Of a DNA stretch of 64,000 bases, positions 48,604-59,281 are shown in pieces. The notes under the pieces were generated by a model, which worked only from the letters and a program-made list of their open reading frames with translations, did no database searches and was not told the DNA's origin. The translations under genes and the position numbers were made by a program. The stretch lies in assembly GCA_963666215.2 (NCBI GenBank), contig CAXWPL010000002.1, forward strand, positions 448,001-512,000, in the 5' to 3' direction. Within the stretch, counting starts at the first letter, position 1, and every line of letters starts with the position of its first letter. The stretch is from Acidobacteriota bacterium. GTDB taxonomy: Bacteria > Acidobacteriota > UBA890 > WLXD01.

Positions 48604-51036
48604 ATGACAGAGTTGCATGAACAGGCCGAAACGCTCGACTGTAGCCATGGCGCCGACCTCGACGACAATGCCAGCGACCGGTCGTCGAGTCGGCGACACG
48701 GCTCGAGTGTGACATCACGCGGCTCCGGTGTGGCCCACGGCCCACGGCTGAGCGACCCGGTGCAGCGGATCACCGGCGTTGGCCCGCGGCGCGCATACGA
48801 GCTGGCAGCGGCGGGGATCGAAACCGTTGACGATCTTCTGCTGCAGCTGCCTCGACGCTACGAGGACCGCACCCGGCGCGTCGAGGTCGCTGAGCTGGCC
48901 GAGCTCGTCGGTCGAGTCGCCGTCACGGTGGTCGTGCAGGTTCGATCGAGTCGGTCGGTGAGCCAGGGATGGTCGGGGCGTCGTCGTCGCGGTCGCACCG
49001 AGGCTCGGGTTGGCGACAGCAGCGGAGAGATCGAGGTGATCTGGTTCAACCAGCCGTATCTCTCTCGCCAGCTTGTCGCTGGCTGCTGGATCACCCTCTT
49101 TGGGCGGGTGAGCTTGCACGAGGGAAAGCCGCAGATGACGAATCCCGCGCTCGAGCGGCTTGCCCGGCCGTCCCTCGAGGTTGGCCGTGTGGTTCCAGTG
49201 CATCGGTCACTGGGGTCTATCGGCGCGACGACGGTCCGGCGACTGGTGGCGACGGCGTTGAAGGATCTGGCGGAGGAGGCGGAGACTCTGCCGAGCGCTG
49301 TGGTGCGCGGCGAGCGACTCTTGAGCCGCGTCGAGGCGTTTCGACGCCTCCACGAGCCAGTTTGTGGGAAGGAGCCAAGAGAACAACCAAGAGAGCAGCG
49401 AGCGCCGAAGGAACGGAAAGAGCAGAGGGAGCCGAGGGAGCCGAGACTGCGGCCGATGACGTGTGCGACGCCGGTCGAGAATCTGGCGGCATGGCGATCG
49501 GAGGCGCACCGACGGTTGGTGTTCGACGAGCTCATCGAATTTCACGCCCTGCTGGCGTTGCAGCAGCGTGCCCGATCGGGCGCACGCGGTCGGCAGCGCC
49601 GGCTGATGGATCGCGATCTCGCCACGGTGTGCGAGCCGTTGCCGTTCGATCTCACTGCAGGGCAGCGGCAGGCGATCGACGAGATTCTTGTCGATCTACG
49701 GTCGCCGCGACCGATGCATCGACTGCTGCACGGTGACGTTGGCTGCGGCAAAACGGCGGTGGCAGGCTGCGTGATGCTGATGGTGGCGGCGGCGAGGGGT
49801 GGCGAACAGGCTGCGATGTTGGTGCCCACGACCATCCTGGCCGAGCAGCAGGCAGCGGTGCTCGGCTCGTGGGCCGAATCGCTGGGGCTGCGAGTTGCCT
49901 GCCTGACCTCGCGGTTGACCGCCGACGAGCGAAACCGCACCCTCGCGGACCTCGCCAGCGGCGCGATCGACGTGGTTGTTGGCACCCACGCGTTGCTGCA
50001 AGCGAGAGTCGAGTTTCATGATCTGGGCCTGGTGGTTGTCGACGAGCAGCATCGGTTCGGGGTACGCCAGCGGTTGGCGCTGCTCGGCCCGAAGAGAGGC
50101 GAGTCGGAGGCTGGCGCCAGAGCGGACCTGCTCGTCATGACTGCCACGCCGATTCCGCGCAGCTTGGCGCTGACGCTGTACGGCGACCTCGACGTCAGCG
50201 CCATCCCGGACCGGCCACGCGGCCGTCGACCGGTGAGCACGGAGAGGTGCGCGCCGGCAGAGTGGCCTCGGGTGGTGCACAAGCTGCGAGACGTGGTGGC
50301 GCGCGGCGAACAGGCCTACGTTGTGACGCCGCGGATTCGCGATCTGGATAAGCCTGCCGAGATGAGTGAAAACGCTGAGTCGAGCACCTCGTTGTCGGCC
50401 GAAGCCGCCGCCGATCGTCTGCGCCGCGCGCTGCCCGACCTGCGGATCGGGCTGGTGCACGGCGCTCAGGATGCGGAGACGCGCGCCGAGTCGATGCGTG
50501 CCTTCGCCTCGGGCGTCCTCGATGTGCTCGTGGCGACAACGGTCATCGAGGTCGGCCTCGACGTCTCGTCGGCGACGTTGATGGTCGTCGATCACGCTCA
50601 GCGGTTCGGACTCGCGCAACTGCACCAGTTGCGCGGCAGGGTAGGGCGTGGGTCGCAGCCGTCGGAGTGCGTACTGGTGGCCCACGAGCCGCTGACACCT
50701 GTTGCCGAGTCGCGCCTGCAGATGCTGTGCAGCAGCGAGGACGGTTTTGCGATTGCTGAGGAAGATCTCCGCCTGCGCGGCCCCGGCGAGCTGCTCGGCA
50801 CCGCCCAGGCGGGTTGGCGTGGCTTCAGCGTCGCGGACCCGACGCAGCACGCCGAGTGGCTCGAGCGCTCACACGACATCGCTCGCGAGATCGTTGAGCG
50901 AGCCCGTGTCGCTCGTGGTTCGGCGAGTGGGAGCACCACCGCCGATTCCGAACACGGCGCCGACGGCGACGAGGCCTGCGCCTTTTGCGATCGACTCCTG
51001 CCAGGCTGGCACGAGCAGGGGGAGCCGTGCGCATAA
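48604..51036 (+). CDS. recG: ATP-dependent DNA helicase RecG
   Basis: GVGP, PRRYEDR, WFNQPY, GDVGCGKT, DEQHRFG, MTATPIPR, LHQLRGRVGRG, DGFAIAEEDLRLRGPG; start uncertain. Confidence 0.95.
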   Translation: MTELHEQAETLDCSHGADLDDNASDRSSSRRHGSSVTSRGSGVAHGPRLSDPVQRITGVGPRRAYELAAAGIETVDDLLLQLPRRYEDRTRRVEVAELAELVGRVAVTVVVQVRSSRSVSQGWSGRRRRGRTEARVGDSSGEIEVIWFNQPYLSRQLVAGCWITLFGRVSLHEGKPQMTNPALERLARPSLEVGRVVPVHRSLGSIGATTVRRLVATALKDLAEEAETLPSAVVRGERLLSRVEAFRRLHEPVCGKEPREQPREQRAPKERKEQREPREPRLRPMTCATPVENLAAWRSEAHRRLVFDELIEFHALLALQQRARSGARGRQRRLMDRDLATVCEPLPFDLTAGQRQAIDEILVDLRSPRPMHRLLHGDVGCGKTAVAGCVMLMVAAARGGEQAAMLVPTTILAEQQAAVLGSWAESLGLRVACLTSRLTADERNRTLADLASGAIDVVVGTHALLQARVEFHDLGLVVVDEQHRFGVRQRLALLGPKRGESEAGARADLLVMTATPIPRSLALTLYGDLDVSAIPDRPRGRRPVSTERCAPAEWPRVVHKLRDVVARGEQAYVVTPRIRDLDKPAEMSENAESSTSLSAEAAADRLRRALPDLRIGLVHGAQDAETRAESMRAFASGVLDVLVATTVIEVGLDVSSATLMVVDHAQRFGLAQLHQLRGRVGRGSQPSECVLVAHEPLTPVAESRLQMLCSSEDGFAIAEEDLRLRGPGELLGTAQAGWRGFSVADPTQHAEWLERSHDIAREIVERARVARGSASGSTTADSEHGADGDEACAFCDRLLPGWHEQGEPCA

Positions 51037-51677
51037 GCGGTGGATCTGCGAGAGGTCGACGGCTACGAGTGCCGGAAGGTGCCGGGCAGGCGGTCCGACC
51101 GACGAGCGAGCGCGTGCGTCAGACGTTGTTCGACGTTCTGCGTACCGACGCCACGCTCGGCGACCTCGCGGTCGGGCTGAGGCCGCTGGCGGTGCTCGAT
51201 CTGTTCGCCGGCTCCGGCGCCCTGGGGCTGGAGGCCCTGAGCCGAGGAGCCGCCAGCGTGGTCTTTGTGGAGCACAGCCGTGCCGCGTGCCAGGTGATCC
51301 GCCAGAATGTGACGACCTGCGGCTTCGACGATCGCGCCACGGTGCGGCGCGCCGATTGGCTGGAGATCTTGAAAGAGCGGGGCGTGTCGGCGGCGGCGAA
51401 ACGTGAGCTTGAAGCGGCGGTAGCGGCGCCCGCGGACAGCGACGTTTCCTGCCCCACTGGACGTTTCGACCTCATCCTTTGCGACCCGCCGTACGACAGC
51501 GTCACACCCCAGATCTGCGCCGATGCCATCGCCGCGGCGCGCGTTCTCAGCCGGCACGGACTGCTCGTCATCGAGAGTCGCGCCGGTGGTGCCATCGACG
51601 CACCCGTGGGGCTGTGTGTGCGGCGCCGATTGCGCGCCGGAGATACCGAGCTGACCTTGATGTGCCCCACGACATGA
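51027..51677 (+). CDS. rsmD: 16S rRNA m2G966 methyltransferase
   Basis: RISGGSARGRRL, RPTSERVR, LDLFAGSGALGLEALSRGA, DPPY. Confidence 0.93.
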   Translation: MRISGGSARGRRLRVPEGAGQAVRPTSERVRQTLFDVLRTDATLGDLAVGLRPLAVLDLFAGSGALGLEALSRGAASVVFVEHSRAACQVIRQNVTTCGFDDRATVRRADWLEILKERGVSAAAKRELEAAVAAPADSDVSCPTGRFDLILCDPPYDSVTPQICADAIAAARVLSRHGLLVIESRAGGAIDAPVGLCVRRRLRAGDTELTLMCPTT

Positions 51678-51796
51678 ACATGTCTTCGACGGTTGCGTCG
51701 CCGACCGCCGACCCCTGCTAAAGTCGTCGTGATCTGGACTTCCGCAGGCCCGCCGCCGCCATTTCGTGGCGGCCATCGTGTGCTGGAGAGTGGCTC

Positions 51797-52294
51797 TTGA
51801 GAGCGATTTACCCGGGCTCGTTCGATCCTGTTACCAACGGTCACCTCGACCTCATTCAGCGCGCCCGAGCCCTGTTCGACGAGGTGATCGTGGTGATTCT
51901 GAACAATCCGCGTAAGGTGGCCTCGTTTCCGCTCGACGAGCGCTTGGCGATGCTCGAGGAGCTGCTCGGCGACGGAGACGACATCCGCGTCATGGCTTTC
52001 GACGGGTTGCTGGTGCAATTCGCACGAGACCAAGGGGCGCAGGTGATCGTGCGCGGGCTCCGTGCGGTGAGCGACTTTGAGCTCGAGTTCCAGATGGCGC
52101 TGATGAATCGCCAGCTCGCCGAGGAGATCGAGACGTTGTTCATGGTGCCGCGCGAGGACTACACGTACGTCTCTTCCAGCCTCATCAAAGAAATCTCCTC
52201 GCACGGCGGCTCGGTGGAGGGACTGGTGCCGCCGCTCGTCGAAGACCACCTGCGCGGATTGTCAGGAAAATCCGATGACCCCGAATCTCGCTAG
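51797..52294 (+). CDS. coaD: pantetheine-phosphate adenylyltransferase
   Basis: AIYPGSFDPVTNGHLD, RGLRAVSDFELE, SSSLIKE. Confidence 0.97.
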   Translation: MRAIYPGSFDPVTNGHLDLIQRARALFDEVIVVILNNPRKVASFPLDERLAMLEELLGDGDDIRVMAFDGLLVQFARDQGAQVIVRGLRAVSDFELEFQMALMNRQLAEEIETLFMVPREDYTYVSSSLIKEISSHGGSVEGLVPPLVEDHLRGLSGKSDDPESR

Positions 52295-53513
52295 TCCAGA
52301 CAATCCAGATCGTCCGGACAGGCCCGATCCTCTGCGACTCAGCCAGCGCAGCCAGAGCATCGGGGTCTCCGCGACGTGGGCGGCCGGAGCCAAAGCCGCC
52401 CAGCTGCGCCGCGATGGGGTGGAGGTTTTCGATCTGGGGCCCGGCGAGCCCGACTTTCCGACGCCCGCGCATGTGTGCGAGGCGGCGCAGCGCGCCATCA
52501 TCGACGGCAAGACGCGCTACACCCCTGCCGCCGGCGTGCCCGAGCTGCGCGAAGCGGTGGCGGCGATGTACACCGAGCGCGAGGGCGTCGAGTATTCCGG
52601 CCAGGAAACGATCGTCACCTGCGGCGGCAAGCAAGGGCTGTACAGCGCGGTAATGACGCTCGTTGATCCGGGTGACGAGGTCGTGATTCCGACGCCGTAC
52701 TGGGTGACCTTCCCGGAGCAGGTGCGGCTCGCCGGTGGCATCCCGGTTTTCGTCGACGCCGCCGAGGAGGACGGATTCGCCCTGCGCGCCGAGGTCGTGC
52801 TGGCAGCCTGCACTGACGCCACCCGACTGATCGTGCTCAACAGCCCCGGCAATCCCAGCGGCGCGGTGATGGCACGGCGCGAGCTCGAGCGCATCGCGGG
52901 CTTCGCGCTGGAGCGCAGCATCACGATCCTGTTCGACGAGTGCTACGCCGACTTTGTCTACGACGATGCCGAGCACGTCACGCCGCTCGCCCTGGGCCGC
53001 GATGCGAAGGCGGTGACGGTGATCTGCGGCTCCTGCTCGAAGACCCACGCGATGACGGGATGGCGCATTGGTTATGTCGCCGGGCCGCGGCACATTGTCG
53101 ACGCGATGCTGAAGCTGCAAACCCACATGACGTCGAACGCAACGTCGATCAGCCAGTGGGCCGCGCTTGCCGCGCTCACCGGCGACCCGGAGCCCAGCCG
53201 ACGCATGGTCACGACATTTGGCGAACGGCGTCATGCCATCCTGCCTCGCCTCCGTGCTCTTCCGGGCGTCAGCTGCACGGAGCCGAAGGGTGCCTTCTAC
53301 GTCTTCCCGAACGTCTCGAAGCTGCTCCGTGGAACGGTGCCCACATCGAGCGATTTGACGAACCTGTTGATCGACAAGGCTCAGGTCGTGACCGTCCCTG
53401 GAGCTGCCTTCGGTCGGGAGGGTTACCTGCGCCTGTCGTTTGCCACGTCGATGGAGACTCTCGAGACGGCGATCGACCGGATGGGGCAGGTGTTCGCAGA
53501 CCTGGTCGCGTAA
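52275..53513 (+). CDS. PLP-dependent aminotransferase class I/II (aspartate aminotransferase-like)
   Basis: GEPDF, NSPGNPSG, DECY, SKTHAMTGWRIG, GAFY, LRLSFA. Confidence 0.93.
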   Translation: MTPNLASPDNPDRPDRPDPLRLSQRSQSIGVSATWAAGAKAAQLRRDGVEVFDLGPGEPDFPTPAHVCEAAQRAIIDGKTRYTPAAGVPELREAVAAMYTEREGVEYSGQETIVTCGGKQGLYSAVMTLVDPGDEVVIPTPYWVTFPEQVRLAGGIPVFVDAAEEDGFALRAEVVLAACTDATRLIVLNSPGNPSGAVMARRELERIAGFALERSITILFDECYADFVYDDAEHVTPLALGRDAKAVTVICGSCSKTHAMTGWRIGYVAGPRHIVDAMLKLQTHMTSNATSISQWAALAALTGDPEPSRRMVTTFGERRHAILPRLRALPGVSCTEPKGAFYVFPNVSKLLRGTVPTSSDLTNLLIDKAQVVTVPGAAFGREGYLRLSFATSMETLETAIDRMGQVFADLVA

Positions 53514-53564
53514 TCTGGGCACTCTCGAAAGAGCTGGCGCGACCTCGAACGGTTTCGTGTGAAA

Positions 53565-54488
53565 ATGGCCTTCGAGCCAGGGGCCGGGGCAGGAGAGGAT
53601 CTCGTGGGCGAGACCACACATATCAGCGCGCTGGGGCACAAGCGCTCCCTGACCCCGATCCGCATCGACGCCGAAGCGAAAGCCACGTACGAGCGCTTCT
53701 TTGGCGAGCTCGCCGAGCGCTTCGACGATCCTGAGCTGGACGACAACGACACCGTGCGCGACGTCCTCGCGGCGATCTACGGGCTTGATCTCGACCTCGA
53801 GAGCGGGCCACCGTCGGATTCCGATGCGTCAGGCGGCGATAGCTGTGTTGACGCGGCGACGGCGGCGTTCCGGGCCGGGTTTGATCCGCGGAACGTGACT
53901 CTGGAGCCGGAGTACTACTCCGACTGCGACCGCGAGAAGTACCTCGCCCGCAAACCGCTGATTTGGCTGTGGATCATGTTCGACCGCTCACCGCTGGGCC
54001 ACAACGTGTACCTCGGCACCCAGCTGCGGGCCCTGCTCGCCAAGCGCATCTTCAGGAGCTGCGGCGACAACGTCCGCATCTTCCGTGACGTCGAGTTCAC
54101 CTACGGCTACAACCTCTCGGTGGGTGACAACGTGATCATCCATCACCACGTCTTCATTGACGATCGTGGAGAGGTGATCATCCACGACGGTAGCAGCCTG
54201 TCGGACTACGCCAACGTTTACTCGCACAGTCATTCGATTGAAGACATCCAGGACGTCTCGTTGGCACGCACGGAGATCGGTCCCCACGCTCGTGTGACCT
54301 ACCACTCGACGGTGCTGTCGGGAGTGCGGATTGGTGAGGACGCCATGTTGGGCTCTCACGGCCTGGCGACTCGCGACGTGCCGGACCACGCGGTGAGCGG
54401 CGGCGTGCCCGCCCGCGAGCTGGCCCGCAAGTCGGGGAAGGGGCCGCGGACGAAGTCGTACGTGCCGCGCTCAGGCGTCGACAAGTAA
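53565..54488 (+). CDS. hexapeptide-repeat acyltransferase with helical N-terminal domain
   Basis: [34 protein letters not shown] left-handed beta-helix pattern. Confidence 0.8.
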   Translation: MAFEPGAGAGEDLVGETTHISALGHKRSLTPIRIDAEAKATYERFFGELAERFDDPELDDNDTVRDVLAAIYGLDLDLESGPPSDSDASGGDSCVDAATAAFRAGFDPRNVTLEPEYYSDCDREKYLARKPLIWLWIMFDRSPLGHNVYLGTQLRALLAKRIFRSCGDNVRIFRDVEFTYGYNLSVGDNVIIHHHVFIDDRGEVIIHDGSSLSDYANVYSHSHSIEDIQDVSLARTEIGPHARVTYHSTVLSGVRIGEDAMLGSHGLATRDVPDHAVSGGVPARELARKSGKGPRTKSYVPRSGVDK

Positions 54489-54498
54489 GGCGGCGCCG

Positions 54499-56682
54499 AT
54501 GGCACCTCAGACTCCGCATGCACCCGCGCACGGGGAGAGCGACGCAGAGGCTGGCGCGTCGCCCGAGATGGGCGTCAGCACGGCCTCCGCGACCTCCGAG
54601 CAAGCCGCCACGGTTCCCACTACAACCGCCGAGCCGGCCTCGCTGCCCGATCCGCCGCTGCTGGGGGAGGAGCTCGTCCTGCATGCTCCGTTCGAGCCGC
54701 AAGGGGATCAGCCAGCCGCGATCGCGCAGCTTTGCGACGGGCTCGACGCCGGACTGGCGCACCAGGTGCTGCTGGGTGTCACGGGCTCGGGCAAGACGTT
54801 CACGATGGCCAAGATCATCGAGACGTTGCAGCGACCGGCGCTGGTGATTGCGCACAACAAAACTCTCGCGGCCCAGCTCTTTCAAGAATTCCGCGAGTAC
54901 TTTCCGCGCAACGCGGTCGAGTACTTCGTCTCCTACTACGACTACTACCAGCCCGAGGCCTACGTTCCGTCCACCGACACGTACATCGCCAAGGAGACGC
55001 TGATCAACGAGGAGATCGACCGCATGCGGCACTCGGCCACACGGTCGCTGTGGAGTCGCCGTGATGTGGTCATTGTCGCCTCGGTGTCGTGCATCTACGG
55101 CCTCGGCGCGCCGGAGTCGTACTACGGCCTCATGTTCACGCTGACAGTCGGCGATGAGCTCGACCGGCAGGTGTTTCTTCGCCGCCTTGTCGACCTGCAC
55201 TACCGGCGCACCTCCAGCGAGCTCGAACGCGGTACCTTCCGAGTGCGCGGCGACGTGGTGGAGGTGCTGCCGAGCTTCGGTGAGGAGGCGGTGCGTGTCA
55301 CCTTCGACGACGACCGGATCGAAGCACTGGCCGATATCGATCCGCTTCTCGGCCATGTGCTCGAGCGCCGCAGCAGCCTCGGCGTTTTTCCGGCCTCTCA
55401 CTACGTGACCACCGCCGACCGACGGCTCGATGCGATCGAGACGATCAAGCAGGAGCTCGACGAACATCTCCAGGTCCTGCAGCACGAGGGCAAGATGCTC
55501 GAGGCTCAACGGCTGCACCAGCGCACGATGTACGACCTGGAGATGATGCAGACGGTCGGCTACTGCCACGGCATCGAGAACTACTCGCGCCACCTGACCG
55601 GGAGGGCGCCCGGCGAGCCACCGCCGAACCTGATCGAGTACCTGCCCGACGACCATCTGTTGCTGATCGACGAGAGCCACATGACCGTGCCGCAGCTGCG
55701 CGGCATGTATGTGGGGGACCGTTCGCGCAAGAGCACGCTCGTCGAGCACGGCTTCAGGTTGCCTTCAGCACTCGACAACCGGCCGCTGGCATTCGACGAG
55801 TTCGAAGCGGCGGTGGGTCAGACCATCTACGTATCCGCTACACCCGGGCCCTACGAGTACGACCGGCTCGCCCGCAGCGGCGTCAAGCCGGCCGAACAGA
55901 TCATCCGGCCGACCGGGCTGACCGATCCGGAGATCGAAGTGCGGCCAGCGAGCACCCAGGTCGACGATCTCCTCGCGGAGGTGAGAGATCGAGCCGCGCG
56001 TAACGAGCGTTGCATCATCACGACCCTCACCAAGCGCATGGCCGAGGAGCTGACGACCTACTACGTCGACCTCGGAGTCAAGGTGCGTTATCTGCACAGC
56101 GACGTCGACACGCTTGATCGCGTCAAGCTGCTGCGCGACTTCCGCCGCGGCGACTTTGATGTGGTGGTTGGCGTCAACCTGTTGCGTGAAGGCCTCGATC
56201 TTCCGGAGGTGACGCTGGTGGCTGTTCTCGACGCCGATAAGGAAGGGTTCCTGCGCTCGGCGACCGCGCTCATTCAGACCACCGGCCGAGCCGCTCGTAA
56301 CGTCGATGGCCGGGTGATCTTCTACGCCGAGCGCGTGACCGAGTCGATGCAGAGGGCGATGGACGAGACCGACCGTCGGCGTGCCCGCCAGAAGGTCCAC
56401 AACGAGGCGCACGGGATCGTTCCCGAAACGATCGTCAAGCGGATCTCGGACGAGTTCGGCAAGTTCTTCGCGCGCGATCACACATCTGACAAGCTGTTCG
56501 ACCAGCTGGAACGCGACGAAGCCTCCGCGGAAGGCTCACTCGACATCAAGGCGCTGCACGAGCGCATCAGCGCGCTCGAGAAAGAGATGTTCGAGGCCGC
56601 CGAGAACCTCGAGTTCGAGCGCGCCGCCGAGCTGCGTGATGACGTGCAACGTCTGCGTCAGCGAACCTTGAGATTCGCCTGA
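54499..56682 (+). CDS. uvrB: excinuclease ABC subunit B
   Basis: [36 protein letters not shown]-terminal UVR domain. Confidence 0.98.
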   Translation: MAPQTPHAPAHGESDAEAGASPEMGVSTASATSEQAATVPTTTAEPASLPDPPLLGEELVLHAPFEPQGDQPAAIAQLCDGLDAGLAHQVLLGVTGSGKTFTMAKIIETLQRPALVIAHNKTLAAQLFQEFREYFPRNAVEYFVSYYDYYQPEAYVPSTDTYIAKETLINEEIDRMRHSATRSLWSRRDVVIVASVSCIYGLGAPESYYGLMFTLTVGDELDRQVFLRRLVDLHYRRTSSELERGTFRVRGDVVEVLPSFGEEAVRVTFDDDRIEALADIDPLLGHVLERRSSLGVFPASHYVTTADRRLDAIETIKQELDEHLQVLQHEGKMLEAQRLHQRTMYDLEMMQTVGYCHGIENYSRHLTGRAPGEPPPNLIEYLPDDHLLLIDESHMTVPQLRGMYVGDRSRKSTLVEHGFRLPSALDNRPLAFDEFEAAVGQTIYVSATPGPYEYDRLARSGVKPAEQIIRPTGLTDPEIEVRPASTQVDDLLAEVRDRAARNERCIITTLTKRMAEELTTYYVDLGVKVRYLHSDVDTLDRVKLLRDFRRGDFDVVVGVNLLREGLDLPEVTLVAVLDADKEGFLRSATALIQTTGRAARNVDGRVIFYAERVTESMQRAMDETDRRRARQKVHNEAHGIVPETIVKRISDEFGKFFARDHTSDKLFDQLERDEASAEGSLDIKALHERISALEKEMFEAAENLEFERAAELRDDVQRLRQRTLRFA

Positions 56683-58634
56683 TGCCCGCCGAGGCCATTG
56701 CACGGATCGTCGACACGCTGCCCGGCAAACCGGGTGTCTACCTCTTCAAGGACGTCCGCGGGCGCACCATTTACGTTGGCAAGGCGCGGCGCATCCGAGA
56801 TCGGGTGCGCTCACATCTGCGTGGTGGCTGGGACGAACGCAAGCAGGCACGGATGCTCGAGGCAGCGGTCGACGTGGAGGTCATCGTCACCGACTCCGAG
56901 GTCGAAGCCCTGGCTCTCGAGAACAGCCTCATCAAGCAGAACCAGCCGCGCTTCAACATCCTGTTACGCGATGACAAGAACCACCCTCACCTGCGGCTTA
57001 CCGAGAGCGAGTCGTTCCCGCGATTGCAGCTTGTCCGTGGACGCGCTCGAGATCGCGATTCGTACTTCGGACCCTATATTCCGGCGTCGCGAGCGCGGCT
57101 GACGCAGATCCTGACCTACCGCAACTTCGGCGTGCGCCCCTGCAACATCGACATCGACGGCTCCTGGGATCGCCCCTGTCTCTACTACGACATCGGTGAG
57201 TGCGCTGGGCCGTGTGTCGAATCGCTCTGCGACCAGCCGCGCTACGCCGAGATCGTCCAGGAGGCCAAGCTTTTCCTGAACGGCCGCCGCGCCGATCTCG
57301 CCGTCGATCTCGAGAGCAAGATGCACCAGGCCGCTTCGGGTCAAGAGTACGAGCGCGCCGCTCACTACCGCGATCTGCTCGACACGGTTCGCGAGAGCGC
57401 CAACGAACAGAAGATAGCCGCCAAGGACCTTGGCGACCGCGATCTGTTCGCCTTTCACCGTGGCGGCGACCGTCGGGATGGCGCGCAGAGCCTCGAGTCG
57501 GTTCAGTCGCCGATGTCCGGGAAGGTGGCTCTGCAGATCTTTCTGGTGCGCCGCGGCCTGGTCGTCGAACGTAAGCAGTTCTTCTGGGACGATGTCGGCG
57601 AGATTGACGACACGGCGCTGCTGACCACGGCGGTGCAGCAGTACTACCACGGCGGCACGGCGATCCCCGCGGAGGTCTGCATTCCGATGCATCTTCCCGA
57701 CGCCGAGGTTCTCGCCAGCTGGCTGAGGGTCGAGCGTGGTGGTGCCGTGCGTCTATTGATTCCGCAGCGAGGCTCGAAGCGCCGGCTCCTCGAGCTCGTC
57801 CGACAGAACGCCGAGCTCGCCTTCAACAACCGCTACTTGGCGGGCGCGGCCCAGCGTGGCGCGGAGGCCTTGCGCGATCTGCTCGATCTCGATTCCCCGC
57901 CGGCGACGATTCGCTGCATCGACGCCTCCAACCTTCAGGGTAGCCAGATTGTCGCCAGTCTGGTCTCCTTCCGCGACGGTCGCGCAGAGAAGTCGGAGTA
58001 CAAGCGGTTCCGTATTCGTGACCTCACTGGGCAGGACGACTTTGCCTCCATCGCGCAGGTCGTACGGCGCTACTTCAAGCGCGTGCGTCAGGGCGAGATC
58101 GATGCCCCCGATCTGCTGTTAATCGACGGCGGCCGGGGTCAGCTTGGGGCGGCGGCGCGTGAGCTCGACGAGCTCGGCATGCAGCAACAACCGCTGGCGG
58201 CGATCGAGAAGGGGGAGGAGAAGCTCTACGTCATGGGTCGGCCTGCGCCGATTCAACTGGCTCCGTCGCCTGACGCGCTGCGCCTTGTCCAGCAGGTGCG
58301 CGACGAGGCACACCGCTTCGCCATCACTTATCATCGGGCTGTTCGCAGCAGGAACATGCTGCATAGCGAGCTCGACGGGATACCCGGGATCGGTGCGAAG
58401 CGACGTGCGGCGTTGCTGCGGCGGTTCGGGTCGGTGCGGGGTGTGCGTGAGGCCGGGATCGATCAGCTGAAGCCTGTGGTAGGTGCACGCCTGGCCGTGC
58501 GCCTTCACGACCTGTTCGGAGCGGACGAATCCGGTGGAACGGCCGCCGAGTTGATGACGATTCGGCCGACAACATCGCCGGAACCGGCTCTTTCATCGGA
58601 ATCGGCTCATTCAGAAGAACCGAGAGGCAAGTAG
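56682..58634 (+). CDS. uvrC: excinuclease ABC subunit C
   Basis: PGVYLF..IYVGKA (GIY-YIG), LIDGGRGQL, RDEAHRFA, HhH GIG. Confidence 0.97.
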   Translation: MPAEAIARIVDTLPGKPGVYLFKDVRGRTIYVGKARRIRDRVRSHLRGGWDERKQARMLEAAVDVEVIVTDSEVEALALENSLIKQNQPRFNILLRDDKNHPHLRLTESESFPRLQLVRGRARDRDSYFGPYIPASRARLTQILTYRNFGVRPCNIDIDGSWDRPCLYYDIGECAGPCVESLCDQPRYAEIVQEAKLFLNGRRADLAVDLESKMHQAASGQEYERAAHYRDLLDTVRESANEQKIAAKDLGDRDLFAFHRGGDRRDGAQSLESVQSPMSGKVALQIFLVRRGLVVERKQFFWDDVGEIDDTALLTTAVQQYYHGGTAIPAEVCIPMHLPDAEVLASWLRVERGGAVRLLIPQRGSKRRLLELVRQNAELAFNNRYLAGAAQRGAEALRDLLDLDSPPATIRCIDASNLQGSQIVASLVSFRDGRAEKSEYKRFRIRDLTGQDDFASIAQVVRRYFKRVRQGEIDAPDLLLIDGGRGQLGAAARELDELGMQQQPLAAIEKGEEKLYVMGRPAPIQLAPSPDALRLVQQVRDEAHRFAITYHRAVRSRNMLHSELDGIPGIGAKRRAALLRRFGSVRGVREAGIDQLKPVVGARLAVRLHDLFGADESGGTAAELMTIRPTTSPEPALSSESAHSEEPRGK

Positions 58635-58637
58635 CCC

Positions 58638-59279
58638 ATGGACGTCAGCGCGATCGTCAATCAGGTCATCGCGTTCCTCTTCGCGCTCTCGTTCCACGAG
58701 GCCGCGCATGCCTGGACTGCCGATCGTCTCGGCGACCCGACGGCGCGTGAGCTCGGGCGCGTGACCATGAACCCGCTGGCACACATCGATCCCTTCATGA
58801 CGGTGCTGTTCCCGGCGATGATGATCATGGCCGGTTTGCCGCCGTTCGGGGCGGCGAAGCCGGTGCCCGTCAACACGTCCTACTTGAAGCATCCGAAGCG
58901 GGACCACGCCTGGATTGCCGCCGCCGGGCCCATCAGCAACGTGATTCTCGCGATCGCGAGCTTGATCCTCGTGCGTGCGCTGATCTCGGATTCCTGGCCG
59001 ATGTCGATGGTGCCGGATTCACTCGCAACACCGCTCTTCGGCCTTCTACAGATGTCGCTCATCGTCAACGTCCTGTTGGCCACGTTCAACATGATCCCTA
59101 TACCACCGCTCGACGGCTCTTGGATTCTCACCGCGCTGCTGCCCGAGAAGGTCGAGCGGATCTACGGGGCAATCCGGCCCTACGGCTTCATGCTGCTGGT
59201 GCTGCTGATCTGGTCGGGGATGCTGGGGCAGATCATCCGCCCCGTAATCCGAGTCGCGTTCATGCTGACCGTGCTGTAA
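58638..59279 (+). CDS. site-2 protease (M50)
   Basis: HEAAH, GDPTA, AAGPISN, FNMIPIPPLDG. Confidence 0.93.
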   Translation: MDVSAIVNQVIAFLFALSFHEAAHAWTADRLGDPTARELGRVTMNPLAHIDPFMTVLFPAMMIMAGLPPFGAAKPVPVNTSYLKHPKRDHAWIAAAGPISNVILAIASLILVRALISDSWPMSMVPDSLATPLFGLLQMSLIVNVLLATFNMIPIPPLDGSWILTALLPEKVERIYGAIRPYGFMLLVLLIWSGMLGQIIRPVIRVAFMLTVL

Positions 59280-59281
59280 CG

